From a virus (taxonomy: Duplodnaviria > Caudoviricetes), in the IMG/VR virus record IMGVR_UViG_3300021399_000117, positions 67,566 through 131,565 of that record: a DNA stretch of 64,000 bases; one strand, given 5' to 3'. Both the position numbers and the translations under genes were made by a program. How positions within the stretch are numbered: position 1 is the first letter of the stretch; every line of letters starts with the position of its first letter. Under the pieces are notes generated by a model. It had not been told where the DNA came from. It did no database searches and saw only the letters and a list, made by a program, of their open reading frames with translations. This document shows, piece after piece, positions 27,669-37,314 of this stretch.

Positions 27669-29948
27669 TTATTTGAGTTTCATTTTTATCGTATATACGT
27701 ACGTGTGTATATCTTGTGGTTTTGCATACTCCCAATTGGATTTCCAATCGTACAGTTTATATATATAATTTGCCTGTGACTCATCTGTTCCGTACAGGCC
27801 CCGGATATATCCCAATATATTCTCTTCAACGCTTTCAGTGTCGGAAAGAGTCAGTGTGAAATTGAGTTCTGGTACGAGCATGTACAAATTACTAGTTGTG
27901 TACCAGTGATACTCGTACGGCAACTGATCTTCATTCAAGACAGGCATCACATCTCTGGTATTTTCAGTCTGTGGATGTTGTAAATTATGAACCTCCCAAG
28001 GATAGTATCCTAAACTTGGATATTTCGGAGGATATCCAGTCTTGTGGTATTTCGGAAAGTCTGAAGTGTTGTATCCTACTTTAGTGTGTTTTATTTTGGT
28101 ATACACATTATTGTCTTCTATATCTACAAAAGAAGGACGTATGTATCCACCCATTCGAATTATCTTAGTGCTTTCAGAGGTGCCGTAGTGCTCCAACTCA
28201 CCGCCACTCGGGCCTTGTGCAACCCCACTCGGACCTTGTGCAAACATGAAGCCTAGTTTCTTATCCAGAGTTATCATAGTAGGGGGTACTACTGACGTCA
28301 TCCACTTGTACATTGGCCCTACCCAATCCGGTTTGTCACCTGATTTATTATTAAGAATTTTAATGAGTTTGGTCAATCCGCCAAATGATAGGATATCTCT
28401 TGTTTCACTCGGGTTTTCACTACAGAAAAGACATAATACACGAGCATCAGATCCGAACCATCTTGCATAAAGACAATATTGACCTTTCACATCACCTTTT
28501 TCATCACACACAAAATAACTGCCATCCCCAGCATTGGTTCTTATATCATTTTCTACAGTAGGCCACACCCTTTCTGTACAAGGCATCAATAAGATGAATA
28601 AATCGCCGTTCGGTTCATCTGGTTGGTAGTTGTACTTGACATGTTTAATCCATGAGTCTTTTATGTCGGTAGCCATCTCTTTTAGTTCATTCACACTTAC
28701 ATCCAACTTAAAATACTGATCAATAGTCGTTATGGGGCAGTCATTTGCCCAACCATTGGTATTAGAGTTTTCAGAATATTTTTCCAACCATATGTTCGGT
28801 GTGTTCTGATAAAGCTGTCCTATTTTGTGTGCCTCACCGCCGGATATATAAAATCCTCCAAACTCAGGATATACATTAAATATATAGTCATCATCTCCTA
28901 CTATGGACCAATGACAAATGCGTTGTACTACCTTGTTTTTGTCAATCAAATCAATATTTTTATTGTCTTTTAAACTCTCAAATATATTGATGTCAACATT
29001 TTCTGAGGTCTCATGAACACATATACTCGGAATGTAGTCGTAATTAGTGTAGAAGTCTTTGATTTCCAACTCTTCATCATCAACTTTTACCCGAACATCC
29101 AGTATAACTTGATTGCCACTTATCATGTTCATAATAACCGGTGGGAAAAAATCCTCCATGTTGAACAGAAAGTTGAAATTAAACAACTGTTTGGCAATCA
29201 TTCGATTATTTGCGTACTGTTCGATAATCATACTATCCGCGTCCATGAGTAGACGTTCTTTGTCAGTCAGATCCTGTGCCAACTTATCGATGTTTATGGT
29301 TTTAGATAGACCTGAGGAAGCATCGATACCTGTGATAGAGGCAGTATTGTCATCCAAGTCTATATGAATCATATGGTCATCCAAGTCTATATCTTTTATA
29401 TATTGATATAGGTAGTCCGCAAACTTATTATGAAAATCATGGTTTGTTTCAGAAGAGATCTTCAAAGTCTTTGAACACAGAACCATTCCATTGCTGTTTT
29501 TAATATCGAATACGAACGATAGAAATTTCCGTCCACCACCGGAAGTCATATCTTCCAACCATACTGGGCAGAATATCTCGACCTCTTTTCCATATACTGA
29601 ATATCGCGCGCGTTTGGCCCCCATATCAAACGTATCGTCATGTAGATCCATGAGGTCCGCTCTGTCCGTCTCATCGGATATGTACGGTTGGTTGGATGTC
29701 AACAATGGATTCGCATACGAAAGATAGAAGGAGCTTTCTATCCGTTTGTAATACGATCTGATATTCTCCAAATGACTGTAATTCAATAAGTTATCTTGTA
29801 CATACCTATTGAATGGCACTCTTTCACTGATAGGAACTATATGAAAATCACTTACAAACAGACCATTAGGACCATTATCCACAGATATGTTCCATTTGAG
29901 CTGACCACTAAGGGCTACGTTCGTTCTATACAGTTGGTAGTTATTCAT
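27669..29948 (-). CDS. Large hypothetical structural protein (baseplate/fibre module)
   Basis: 759 aa, coupled to the fibre gene; TTATTAT at 29958-29964 (minus). Confidence 0.6.
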   Translation of the reverse strand: MNNYQLYRTNVALSGQLKWNISVDNGPNGLFVSDFHIVPISERVPFNRYVQDNLLNYSHLENIRSYYKRIESSFYLSYANPLLTSNQPYISDETDRADLMDLHDDTFDMGAKRARYSVYGKEVEIFCPVWLEDMTSGGGRKFLSFVFDIKNSNGMVLCSKTLKISSETNHDFHNKFADYLYQYIKDIDLDDHMIHIDLDDNTASITGIDASSGLSKTINIDKLAQDLTDKERLLMDADSMIIEQYANNRMIAKQLFNFNFLFNMEDFFPPVIMNMISGNQVILDVRVKVDDEELEIKDFYTNYDYIPSICVHETSENVDINIFESLKDNKNIDLIDKNKVVQRICHWSIVGDDDYIFNVYPEFGGFYISGGEAHKIGQLYQNTPNIWLEKYSENSNTNGWANDCPITTIDQYFKLDVSVNELKEMATDIKDSWIKHVKYNYQPDEPNGDLFILLMPCTERVWPTVENDIRTNAGDGSYFVCDEKGDVKGQYCLYARWFGSDARVLCLFCSENPSETRDILSFGGLTKLIKILNNKSGDKPDWVGPMYKWMTSVVPPTMITLDKKLGFMFAQGPSGVAQGPSGGELEHYGTSESTKIIRMGGYIRPSFVDIEDNNVYTKIKHTKVGYNTSDFPKYHKTGYPPKYPSLGYYPWEVHNLQHPQTENTRDVMPVLNEDQLPYEYHWYTTSNLYMLVPELNFTLTLSDTESVEENILGYIRGLYGTDESQANYIYKLYDWKSNWEYAKPQDIHTYVYTIKMKLK

Positions 29949-29978
29949 ACTGATTAAATAATAATTTATATGTAGGTG

Positions 29979-30042
29979 TCACTAACGCAGTCATAAATTT
30001 CTGCGGGATTTCATTAAATTTTTTCTATTTTTTCATATATAT
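29979..30042 (+). promoter_or_regulatory. Class A promoter with 29-nt dyad insert
   Basis: TCAC-TAA-[cgcagtcataaatttctgcgggatttcat]-TAAA-N17-TATAT. Confidence 0.65.
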
Positions 30043-30067
30043 AATCAACAACAAAACATTAGTACAT

Positions 30068-30379
30068 ATGAAGTTCACCAAACAAACACTCAGAGCATTC
30101 GAAAAGATGATAATCCAGTTCATGAACGATAACGGTTGGGTTCGATTCAGCTTCGAACCCGGCAGTGTATTTTATTCTCTGTTAGGACTGGCAGAGGTGC
30201 GTCCGGTCATGATTAACGAAGACAAGTTGGAAGACCAGTTGCAACTGCAATTCATCAGACGAGGCGAAGAGTACTCTTCTATCAAACATGCGGTTCTCGC
30301 GCAGGAGCTCCTCTCTTCTATCCATGATTACAATCGCCTCTGGGACGAAATGATGGAGCGCGCCAAACTTCAATATTGA
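30068..30379 (+). CDS. Hypothetical protein
   Basis: 103-aa ORF behind a class A promoter. Confidence 0.7.
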   Translation: MKFTKQTLRAFEKMIIQFMNDNGWVRFSFEPGSVFYSLLGLAEVRPVMINEDKLEDQLQLQFIRRGEEYSSIKHAVLAQELLSSIHDYNRLWDEMMERAKLQY

Positions 30380-30405
30380 CACCGCAGTGTGTTATTATTG
30401 AAAAT

Positions 30406-30960
30406 ATGAAACGAGTTAACCTAATGATCGGTCGATTCCAACCATTTACGACCGGACACTATAAATGTGTAGAAGAGGCCATGAAGAAGAAAGGTCTACC
30501 CACTGTAGTAGCCATGATCAACACTACTATGGATAAGGTAGATGAAAAACACCCTTTTCCATCTTCATTGACACTTCCACTATACAACGACCTATTCAAA
30601 AAGGACAAGAACCTGGAGAAGTTCATTCTGGTCAGCAGTGCAGATATCGTTAAAAACAGTGAAGCCTTCGCTAAAGAGGGATACCAGATCGCCAGTTGGA
30701 CTTGCGGCACCGATCGTATCGATGCCTATACTCGTATGTCGGAGAAGTACCATGATCAGGCTAACTTGGCTGACGACTTTGAGATGATCGAAATTTTCCG
30801 TACCGGAGATGACGTCAGCGCGACCAAGGTACGCAAAGCTCTCATCGATGGAGACAAAAAAGCATTCTATTCTATGGTGCCCATGGTACATCTATCTGCT
30901 CGTCTGAAAAATGACTACTACGAGATACTCAAAGAACAAATTGACAAAGTAGTTAAATGA
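30406..30960 (+). CDS. Cytidylyltransferase-like (HxGH-class) nucleotidyltransferase
   Basis: GRFQPFTTGH, CGTDR, VSATKVR motifs; ATG at 30406; TTATTAT at 30392-30398. Confidence 0.85.
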   Translation: MKRVNLMIGRFQPFTTGHYKCVEEAMKKKGLPTVVAMINTTMDKVDEKHPFPSSLTLPLYNDLFKKDKNLEKFILVSSADIVKNSEAFAKEGYQIASWTCGTDRIDAYTRMSEKYHDQANLADDFEMIEIFRTGDDVSATKVRKALIDGDKKAFYSMVPMVHLSARLKNDYYEILKEQIDKVVK

Positions 30961-31532
30961 AAAGTCTATCCTCATATCTAAAACTACATGGTAACTTTAC
31001 TGTGGCTGGAACCAAGTCGGAGAAACTTCTTATCTTCGACGTGGACGATACTCTTATCCACACCAGCGCTAAGATATGGGTGATGAAGGACGATGAACAT
31101 ATCAAGACTCTGACCAATGCAGAATATAATGACTACAAGAAGAAACCGGGCGAATGGTTCGACTACCGGGAGTTCAACGACCCGAAAATCCTCTCTCGGG
31201 AAACTTTCACACGATATTGGGGCACTCTCAAACGCGAGTACCACAAAGGAACCCACATAAGCATTATCACGGCTCGTAACGACGCCAAGATGATTCGCCG
31301 CTTTTTCCTCAAGAATGGTATCGATATCAAAGACGAACTCGTGTTCGCCGTTGGTGATCCCCGTCTGGGTCTGGCAGGGTCTGTTCAGGAAAAGAAAGCA
31401 GCCATCATCCGTGAACTGGTAGCGCTCGGTTACCATACTCTCGTTTTCTTTGATGACAACGAAGGTAACCTGGAGGCTGCTAAAGCACTTGAAAACGAAT
31501 TAGGTATAAAAATACATACAGTAAAGGCATGA
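30957..31532 (+). CDS. HAD-superfamily phosphatase with leader
   Basis: FDVDDTL, ITAR, K, FFDDNEGN HAD motifs (polynucleotide 3'-phosphatase-like); leader MKSLSSYL. Confidence 0.85.
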   Translation: MKSLSSYLKLHGNFTVAGTKSEKLLIFDVDDTLIHTSAKIWVMKDDEHIKTLTNAEYNDYKKKPGEWFDYREFNDPKILSRETFTRYWGTLKREYHKGTHISIITARNDAKMIRRFFLKNGIDIKDELVFAVGDPRLGLAGSVQEKKAAIIRELVALGYHTLVFFDDNEGNLEAAKALENELGIKIHTVKA

Positions 31533-31738
31533 AAAGTTTATCACAGCAAATAACCGAAGGGATGGTTAATGAAGCGAGCGAGTTTAATCCATCATTAAGC
31601 TCTCATAAAAACGTATGGAATAATTTTATAAAATGGTATGATAAGTCATTAAAATATATGGATAAATACGAATTGCTAGATTTACTAAAATCAGCAACCA
31701 TAGATATTGAGAATGATGACTTAACAGAATATAAATAA
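31529..31738 (+). CDS. Small hypothetical protein with leader (MKSLSQQITEGMVNEA)
   Basis: ATGA overlap with the HAD gene; leader. Confidence 0.65.
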   Translation: MKSLSQQITEGMVNEASEFNPSLSSHKNVWNNFIKWYDKSLKYMDKYELLDLLKSATIDIENDDLTEYK

Positions 31739-31750
31739 AAAAGAAGAGGT

Positions 31751-32302
31751 ATGAAGAGCCTGTTTGAGTATGTAAATGAAGCCATGTCGGATAACTTAAA
31801 AAGCGCAGTGAACTTTTTGAGTGGTTTTGAATTTGAACCATCTAATATAAGAGGCTGGGAGTTTAATAAATCATCATACAAAGCCTCCAAAAAACCAAAG
31901 AATGAGTTCAAAATAAGCATAAAAGATGCACACAAATTCACAAGCGGAAACTCCGACCGTTATGGATTTTACATTTACAATGTGTACGTATTCATAAAAC
32001 CATTTGAATTTGAAGGCGAAACATATCTGTCTGTTGTATTTAGATTAACAGATGAAGGTGATTGGAGTCTTGGAGAAGATTTCTGCGTGCTTAACAGCAC
32101 CGATGGCATAGATCCATTCATCAGATGGTGCTTCAAGCCACACAAATACACATCTAAATCTGATATCGGACCGGATGGTGAATTAAGAGTGTGGTACGAA
32201 AAAATGCCAAAATCTTACACACCAGATATAAAACCTTACGTGTGCGACAAAAAACTCATTGAAAAAATGGGTGACATCGTAAAGATCAATTGCACAAAAT
32301 AA
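31751..32302 (+). CDS. Hypothetical protein with leader (MKSLFEYVNEA)
   Basis: ORF plus leader. Confidence 0.75.
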   Translation: MKSLFEYVNEAMSDNLKSAVNFLSGFEFEPSNIRGWEFNKSSYKASKKPKNEFKISIKDAHKFTSGNSDRYGFYIYNVYVFIKPFEFEGETYLSVVFRLTDEGDWSLGEDFCVLNSTDGIDPFIRWCFKPHKYTSKSDIGPDGELRVWYEKMPKSYTPDIKPYVCDKKLIEKMGDIVKINCTK

Positions 32303-32311
32303 AGACGATAT

Positions 32312-32692
32312 ATGAAAAGTCTATACGAATTGGTTCTAGAGAAGAATATGGAGTTCACCAAGAAGATTGAGTTGGACTTCACTATCAATAAGTCCTTGCA
32401 TGCCACCGAACGTCAGTCTCGTCATGGTACGGATAAGGACAACTTCATCAGTGACGACGAGATACTCGAAGAGGTAAAACGAGCTTCCGAGACCATCATT
32501 GAGGACATTCTCCAGAATAACATACGTCTCGGATGGAGATTCATCGTTCGAAACCCTAATACCGATCTCAATGTAGTGTGTTCATTACATAAGGGAGAAT
32601 CCAAGGATCATTTCCGAGTAGACATCATTACCGTCATGAGATCGGACGAGTTCCACAACCAGAAAAATACGTGGATTATTACCAACAAATAA
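32312..32692 (+). CDS. Putative RelE/RegB (BECR-fold) ribonuclease-like protein with leader
   Basis: SLHATERQSRH...IS..EI...C-terminal DIITVM pattern, as in DUF4258/RegB-like RNases; leader MKSLYELVLE. Confidence 0.5.
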   Translation: MKSLYELVLEKNMEFTKKIELDFTINKSLHATERQSRHGTDKDNFISDDEILEEVKRASETIIEDILQNNIRLGWRFIVRNPNTDLNVVCSLHKGESKDHFRVDIITVMRSDEFHNQKNTWIITNK

Positions 32693-32705
32693 AAATCATA
32701 TCGAT

Positions 32706-33008
32706 ATGAAAACACTAACAGAATCAATCGGAAGTGGATTAAGGAAGACGTTCAGTATTGCTCAAGCAGACTCTAATAGAGAAGCCGCATATACTACGGT
32801 AGATGTAGTAGATCCTAAACGTAGCTACAAGTACGGTTTTCTTTCTTATTCACAATATGACGAATCCATCTTTTTGGTAGCATTCAATAAGGTGGAAGAT
32901 CTGCAGGACTTACTTGATACAGATGATGATAATTACAGCAGTCTCCTTAACATGAAACCACAAGAGTACAAAACAATTCGTGGAGAGTTGTTTGTTAAGC
33001 TCTGGTAA
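32706..33008 (+). CDS. Hypothetical protein with leader; paralog of 10003..10323
   Basis: MKTLTES; shared motifs listed for 10003. Confidence 0.75.
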   Translation: MKTLTESIGSGLRKTFSIAQADSNREAAYTTVDVVDPKRSYKYGFLSYSQYDESIFLVAFNKVEDLQDLLDTDDDNYSSLLNMKPQEYKTIRGELFVKLW

Positions 33009-33028
33009 TCAGATATTTCAAACATTAT

Positions 33029-33066
33029 AATCCAGTTCTCTTAATCAGGGAGCTGGATTTTATTAT
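33029..33066 (+). terminator. Terminator hairpin whose T tract overlaps a class B promoter (TTATTAT 33060-33066)
   Basis: AATCCAGTTCTC/GGGAGCTGGATT hairpin, then TTTATTAT. Confidence 0.55.
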
Positions 33067-33090
33067 TTTATACATATATAAACGAAATAT

Positions 33091-33627
33091 ATGAGATCAC
33101 TTTCACAATACCTACTCGAGGCACTACAACAGACCAAGATAGACTCCGAACAACTGTATCAGTTGTACTCAGATCAAATCGACGTCAAAGCATTTGCCTT
33201 GAATAACAAACTGACAGAAAAAGAAGCCCAGCAAGTATACGACGTGCTTCATTCTGGGAATATGGTCATTGTTTCCGAGGAACAAATGAAACTCAAGTAC
33301 GACAAAGACGAGGTCAAGGAGATGATTGATCATATCGATGACTTAGTCGCTGCTGGTGTTCGTTACGGTAATCAACTCGATCTATCTCCTGAAGAGAAGA
33401 AACAACGCGAAGAAGCGGAAAAAGCACTTGCTGATAAGACTGGCGAAAAACCGAAAAAATCCAAAGTAGATGACCTAGACTTTGTCAACCAATGTAATAC
33501 AGACTTTGTAGGTGTGGTGCCCGAATCCATATCAGAGTTCTTTTGGAAGAAAAGCGGAGATTCAGGTTATCTATACTTTATTATTAACTCAACTCCTGAC
33601 GTTGAAGAATTACTCAAACAAATATAA
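33091..33627 (+). CDS. Hypothetical protein with leader (MRSLSQYLLEA)
   Basis: ORF plus leader. Confidence 0.75.
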   Translation: MRSLSQYLLEALQQTKIDSEQLYQLYSDQIDVKAFALNNKLTEKEAQQVYDVLHSGNMVIVSEEQMKLKYDKDEVKEMIDHIDDLVAAGVRYGNQLDLSPEEKKQREEAEKALADKTGEKPKKSKVDDLDFVNQCNTDFVGVVPESISEFFWKKSGDSGYLYFIINSTPDVEELLKQI

Positions 33628-33634
33628 TTGACAT

Positions 33635-35245
33635 ATGTTAGCAACTTTAATAGCAGTTGGTATGTGCGCGTGGTTCTGTGCTCAAGCTCTTCCTGATGGT
33701 GCAAAAGGTGGTGGAGCGGGCATTGGAGCCGGCATTGGTGGTTTGCTTGCAACCTGCATAATGGGACTCCTTCCTGAAAACCGTCGTAAGAAAGAGGAAG
33801 ACAAAGTAAAGCATGAAATTGAAATGGCCAAGCTCCGTAAGGAGTTGGAAAATACCAAAAACGGTAAGGTGGATGACAAGGAAAAAGAAGAGTTGAAAAA
33901 ATCTGATGAGGAAAACAAGGTTATTCTTAATGAAGGTATGAGTAACCCAAAGGTATTCGCTGGTATAGCGAAGTCTTGTGAGGCCATCAAAGATCCTGTT
34001 GAGAAGGAAAAGATGACGCAGCAACTTAATATGATTCGTTGTGCTCAATATGATAAAGATGGTAATCCTCGTACACAAGAAGAAAGTCAAAAATGGATGA
34101 CAGAGAACATTCCGGCTGAGGACCTCCGGTCGATCGTCGAATCAGCCAATAAACAAATAGGTAACACTGAATTGACTCCTGAGCTGGCTAAAGAATTAAA
34201 AGACAGCGTTCCTGAAGTAACTGACGAAGACGTACAAGCAGAAAAAGAAAAGGCTACCAAAATATCTGCGGAGATGGGTACACAGCTCGAAGCTGATGCG
34301 ACCAAACGTAAAGAGATGAAGGCTGAAATCGAGCGCCTAGAGCAAGAAAAAGAAGCTAAACAAGCTGAGCTGGACAAAGCTATTGCAGATGCAGGTGCGG
34401 ATGAAGAAGCTATCAAAAAGGCCAAATTGGCTAAGGCCGAATTCAACAAAAACATCACCACACAGATATACGACAAGAAAAAGGAAGCAGCAGAGTTTGA
34501 ATCCAAATGTCAGACTGCCAAGTTCCTGGACAGCACCAATCCTACACGAAAAGACCGGGTAGAAGCAGCTATCAAAAAGGTAGATGAGGAACGCAAAACT
34601 GCTATTGATGCGATAGACAAAGAGATTGCTGATGCGGGAGGTAAAGTCGAACCCAAAAAGGACGAACCTAAAAAGGACGAGGATACCAAGACTGAAGAAA
34701 TCCCTGGATACGATGCTGATGGTGATCCTGATGGTACAAAATGGGTGAAGACCACTCCTAAAGATGGAGGGGAACCTACTGTTGAATTGCTCAATAAAGA
34801 TGGTGAAGTGGTCGACAAAGGTACGCTTGATGATTTTGAAAAAGCTAAAAAAGATCACGAGGAAAACGCTAAAAGTGATGACGTATCCAACGGAGATGAT
34901 GAAAAAGGCGATGCCGTAGATACTGATGCTAATGATGCTGACGGCGAAGAGGTAGATGATAAAAAAGGTGGTAAGAAAAAGGTTTTGAAAAACCCAGCAC
35001 AGACTTGGCATAAAAAGAAAAACAAGGCTACCGGAAAGACTACCAAATCCTACTACAACAAAAAAGGCGAATCCATATCTCAAAAGGAGTTCCAGGAGAA
35101 ACTGAAGAAATACCAAGCAACAAAAGCTAAAATGAAACCTGAAAGTGTCAGCTTCTCACAATTTATGTCGAATCATTACTTGACTGAATCTGGTAAACAA
35201 TACACATCATTACGTGACTCAATCCTTAAAAATATACATGACTAA
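33635..35245 (+). CDS. Membrane-anchored long coiled-coil protein (candidate ejection/pilot protein)
   Basis: N-terminal hydrophobic helix and GAGIGAGIGG zipper, long coiled coil, acidic then basic tail, leader-like C-terminus. Confidence 0.6.
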   Translation: MLATLIAVGMCAWFCAQALPDGAKGGGAGIGAGIGGLLATCIMGLLPENRRKKEEDKVKHEIEMAKLRKELENTKNGKVDDKEKEELKKSDEENKVILNEGMSNPKVFAGIAKSCEAIKDPVEKEKMTQQLNMIRCAQYDKDGNPRTQEESQKWMTENIPAEDLRSIVESANKQIGNTELTPELAKELKDSVPEVTDEDVQAEKEKATKISAEMGTQLEADATKRKEMKAEIERLEQEKEAKQAELDKAIADAGADEEAIKKAKLAKAEFNKNITTQIYDKKKEAAEFESKCQTAKFLDSTNPTRKDRVEAAIKKVDEERKTAIDAIDKEIADAGGKVEPKKDEPKKDEDTKTEEIPGYDADGDPDGTKWVKTTPKDGGEPTVELLNKDGEVVDKGTLDDFEKAKKDHEENAKSDDVSNGDDEKGDAVDTDANDADGEEVDDKKGGKKKVLKNPAQTWHKKKNKATGKTTKSYYNKKGESISQKEFQEKLKKYQATKAKMKPESVSFSQFMSNHYLTESGKQYTSLRDSILKNIHD

Positions 35246-35265
35246 TCGCAACTACCGACAAAAGG

Positions 35266-35295
35266 AATCCGATCCTCAACCGGGTCGGATTTTTT
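35266..35295 (+). terminator. Intrinsic terminator
   Basis: AATCCGATCC/GGGTCGGATT followed by a T run. Confidence 0.7.
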
Positions 35296-35356
35296 AATTC
35301 ATAGGATTCATGTTTTTATTATTAGTTAAATCAAAAACAAAAAACTATTACGTAAT

Positions 35357-36784
35357 ATGGCAAAAAATTGTTTGGTATACGAAACACTTCAACCGATTAA
35401 CGAAATGAAGCGTACCGTCACTGAAGACGGATTGATGCACTTGAAAGGTACATTCGGTGTATGTGGTGTCAAGAATAACAACCAACGTATCTACGAAGCC
35501 GGCAACTACGGTAAGATGGTAGCAGAGATGAAGAAACGTCTTGAGCATAGTCCTATTCTTGGTGAGCTCGAGCACCCTTCAACAATGAACATCACCCTCG
35601 AAAACGTATCACACAAGATCACTGATATCAATATCGATGAGAATGGTGTTGTTTCTGGTGAAGTCGTTCTTTTGAACACTCCAAAAGGTAAGGTAGCACA
35701 GGCTATCGTTGAGGGCGGCGCACCACTTTATATATCTTCACGTGCACAAGGTATGGTAGATCCACGTACAAGTGTTGTTACATTGGAAAACCTAGCAACT
35801 TATGATTTGGTTGGATCACCAGGCTTCTCTCAAGCAGAGCTCCATCTTAATGAAGGTCAGGTTGCTGAATCAATCTGTGAGTCTTGTGGTGTAGTGTACA
35901 TCAACGAAGGTCAAGATCCTAATTCAAACAAAACAAATGTAAATCAAGATATGGAAAAAGAAATACTTGAAAAGATCACTGCGCTCGAATCCAAAGTAGC
36001 CGCTTTGGAGGCCGATAACGCAAATCTTAAAGAGCAGCTCGAAAATACCGACAAGTTCAACAAGAAAGCACTCTGTGATGGTATTCAAAAATGGGTTCTC
36101 GAAGAGTTCGCACCAGAAGTACAGAAGTGGGTTGTTGAGCAGTACTCACCAGAAGTACAGAAATGGGTTGTTGAGTCCTTCGCACCAGAAGTACAGAAGT
36201 GGGTTGTTGAGCAGTACTCACCAGAAATCCAAAAATGGATCCTCGAACAGTACTCACCAGAAGTACAACGTTGGACACAAACCGAGTTCGCAACCGGTAT
36301 CCAAAACTGGTTCGTAGACGAATGTGCACCAGATTTCGAGAAGTGGGTAACCGAGAACTTCGGTTCACAAGTAACAAACCAGATCACCGAAGCCGTCGAG
36401 AAGAGCAAGAAGAACAGCTTGTCCAACATCGAAAGCACACTCAGCCTATTGGAAGGTATTCAACCAACCAAACCTACTTATCCTGGACAAACACCGAAGT
36501 CGCCGATTGTTACAGAAGGTGCGCCTAAGTACATCTCCGAGATGCCTGCCGACGTGCGTGTTAAGTACGATTTGGCAAGCCAGGATATCAAAGAGGCTAT
36601 CGAGCGCCGCGCTAAATTGTTCGATTTCAACAAGCACTCAGTTAACGAGTTCTGGGCAGGTGTTAACTTCGACACTATCAAACCTGTAACAACCATCGTA
36701 GAGAGTGCAACAGTAATCACTAACGAACGCGAACGCGCTATCCGCGCACAGTTGGCTTCATGGCACAGCAAACGTTTCGGTTAA
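35357..36784 (+). CDS. Prohead protease (T4 gp21-like) fused to a scaffold-like C-terminal region
   Basis: NNNQRIY, LGELEHP, VSHKI, NTPKG, ISSRAQG, YDLVGSPGF; TTATTAT at 35316-35322. Confidence 0.88.
   Translation: MAKNCLVYETLQPINEMKRTVTEDGLMHLKGTFGVCGVKNNNQRIYEAGNYGKMVAEMKKRLEHSPILGELEHPSTMNITLENVSHKITDINIDENGVVSGEVVLLNTPKGKVAQAIVEGGAPLYISSRAQGMVDPRTSVVTLENLATYDLVGSPGFSQAELHLNEGQVAESICESCGVVYINEGQDPNSNKTNVNQDMEKEILEKITALESKVAALEADNANLKEQLENTDKFNKKALCDGIQKWVLEEFAPEVQKWVVEQYSPEVQKWVVESFAPEVQKWVVEQYSPEIQKWILEQYSPEVQRWTQTEFATGIQNWFVDECAPDFEKWVTENFGSQVTNQITEAVEKSKKNSLSNIESTLSLLEGIQPTKPTYPGQTPKSPIVTEGAPKYISEMPADVRVKYDLASQDIKEAIERRAKLFDFNKHSVNEFWAGVNFDTIKPVTTIVESATVITNERERAIRAQLASWHSKRFG
36085..36363 (+). 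repeat. In-frame 36-bp (12-aa) tandem repeat, about 8 units, consensus QKWVVEQYSPEV
   Basis: Repeated CACCAGAAGTACAGAAGTGGGTTGTTGAG within the protease/scaffold CDS. Confidence 0.9.
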
Positions 36785-36803
36785 TTCCGACACACATTAT
36801 TTC

Positions 36804-36838
36804 AGACCTCAATTTCATATGAAGTTGGGGTCTTTTTT
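36804..36838 (+). terminator. Intrinsic terminator
   Basis: AGACCTCAA/TTGGGGTCT followed by a T run. Confidence 0.7.
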
Positions 36839-36867
36839 ATTGTATCTCTTGTTATTATATAGTATAT

Positions 36868-37311
36868 ATGGATTATCGAGTTCTTGAGAATAAACGTAAT
36901 ATCACAAACGAGCGAAGTGGTGAGGATATAAAGGATCTTTTGACCCTTACTTTTATTATGCCTGAACAAGCTGGATTCACTATGTTCAAGGTGACACACG
37001 AATATGTAGCTCGCCCTGATCTCATATGTCTGGCTCATTACGGAACAGACGACCCTGTTGATATCGTATGTAAGATCAATGGCATCAGCAACCCTTATGA
37101 ATTGAACGAAGGCACCATTCTTGCTCTACCTGATGCTGCTGACTTATGGAAATATATTTACGACGGAGACACCATTCAACAAGACTCAGAATCTGGCAAG
37201 GCCGTCAATCCCGCACCTAAGACACGTATCGAAAAACGCAAACCGAACGAAGCTGTTATTGGTGACAAGCGATTTAAGATCGACAAAGAGCACCGAGCAG
37301 TCATATACTAA
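36868..37311 (+). CDS. Baseplate wedge protein (T4 gp53/LysM-like)
   Basis: RPDLI...YG...I...NGISNPYEL.EG.IL.LP motif; TTATTAT at 36852-36858. Confidence 0.7.
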   Translation: MDYRVLENKRNITNERSGEDIKDLLTLTFIMPEQAGFTMFKVTHEYVARPDLICLAHYGTDDPVDIVCKINGISNPYELNEGTILALPDAADLWKYIYDGDTIQQDSESGKAVNPAPKTRIEKRKPNEAVIGDKRFKIDKEHRAVIY

Positions 37312-37314
37312 TCT

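Noticed and set aside
28204-28243. 21-nt tandem duplication (AQGPSG twice)
   Set aside because: A simple in-frame slippage duplication in a structural gene; no sign of a larger system.
33647-35116. Long antisense ORFs (for example 34337..35116; similarly 19911..20411, 55680..56135 and 62924..63463)
   Set aside because: They are shadows of biased codon usage on the coding strand, with no promoter motifs or recognisable domains.
36085-36363. 36-bp periodic repeat resembling a CRISPR array
   Set aside because: Units are contiguous with no unique spacers, stay in frame and encode a 12-aa protein repeat; no cas genes are visible.
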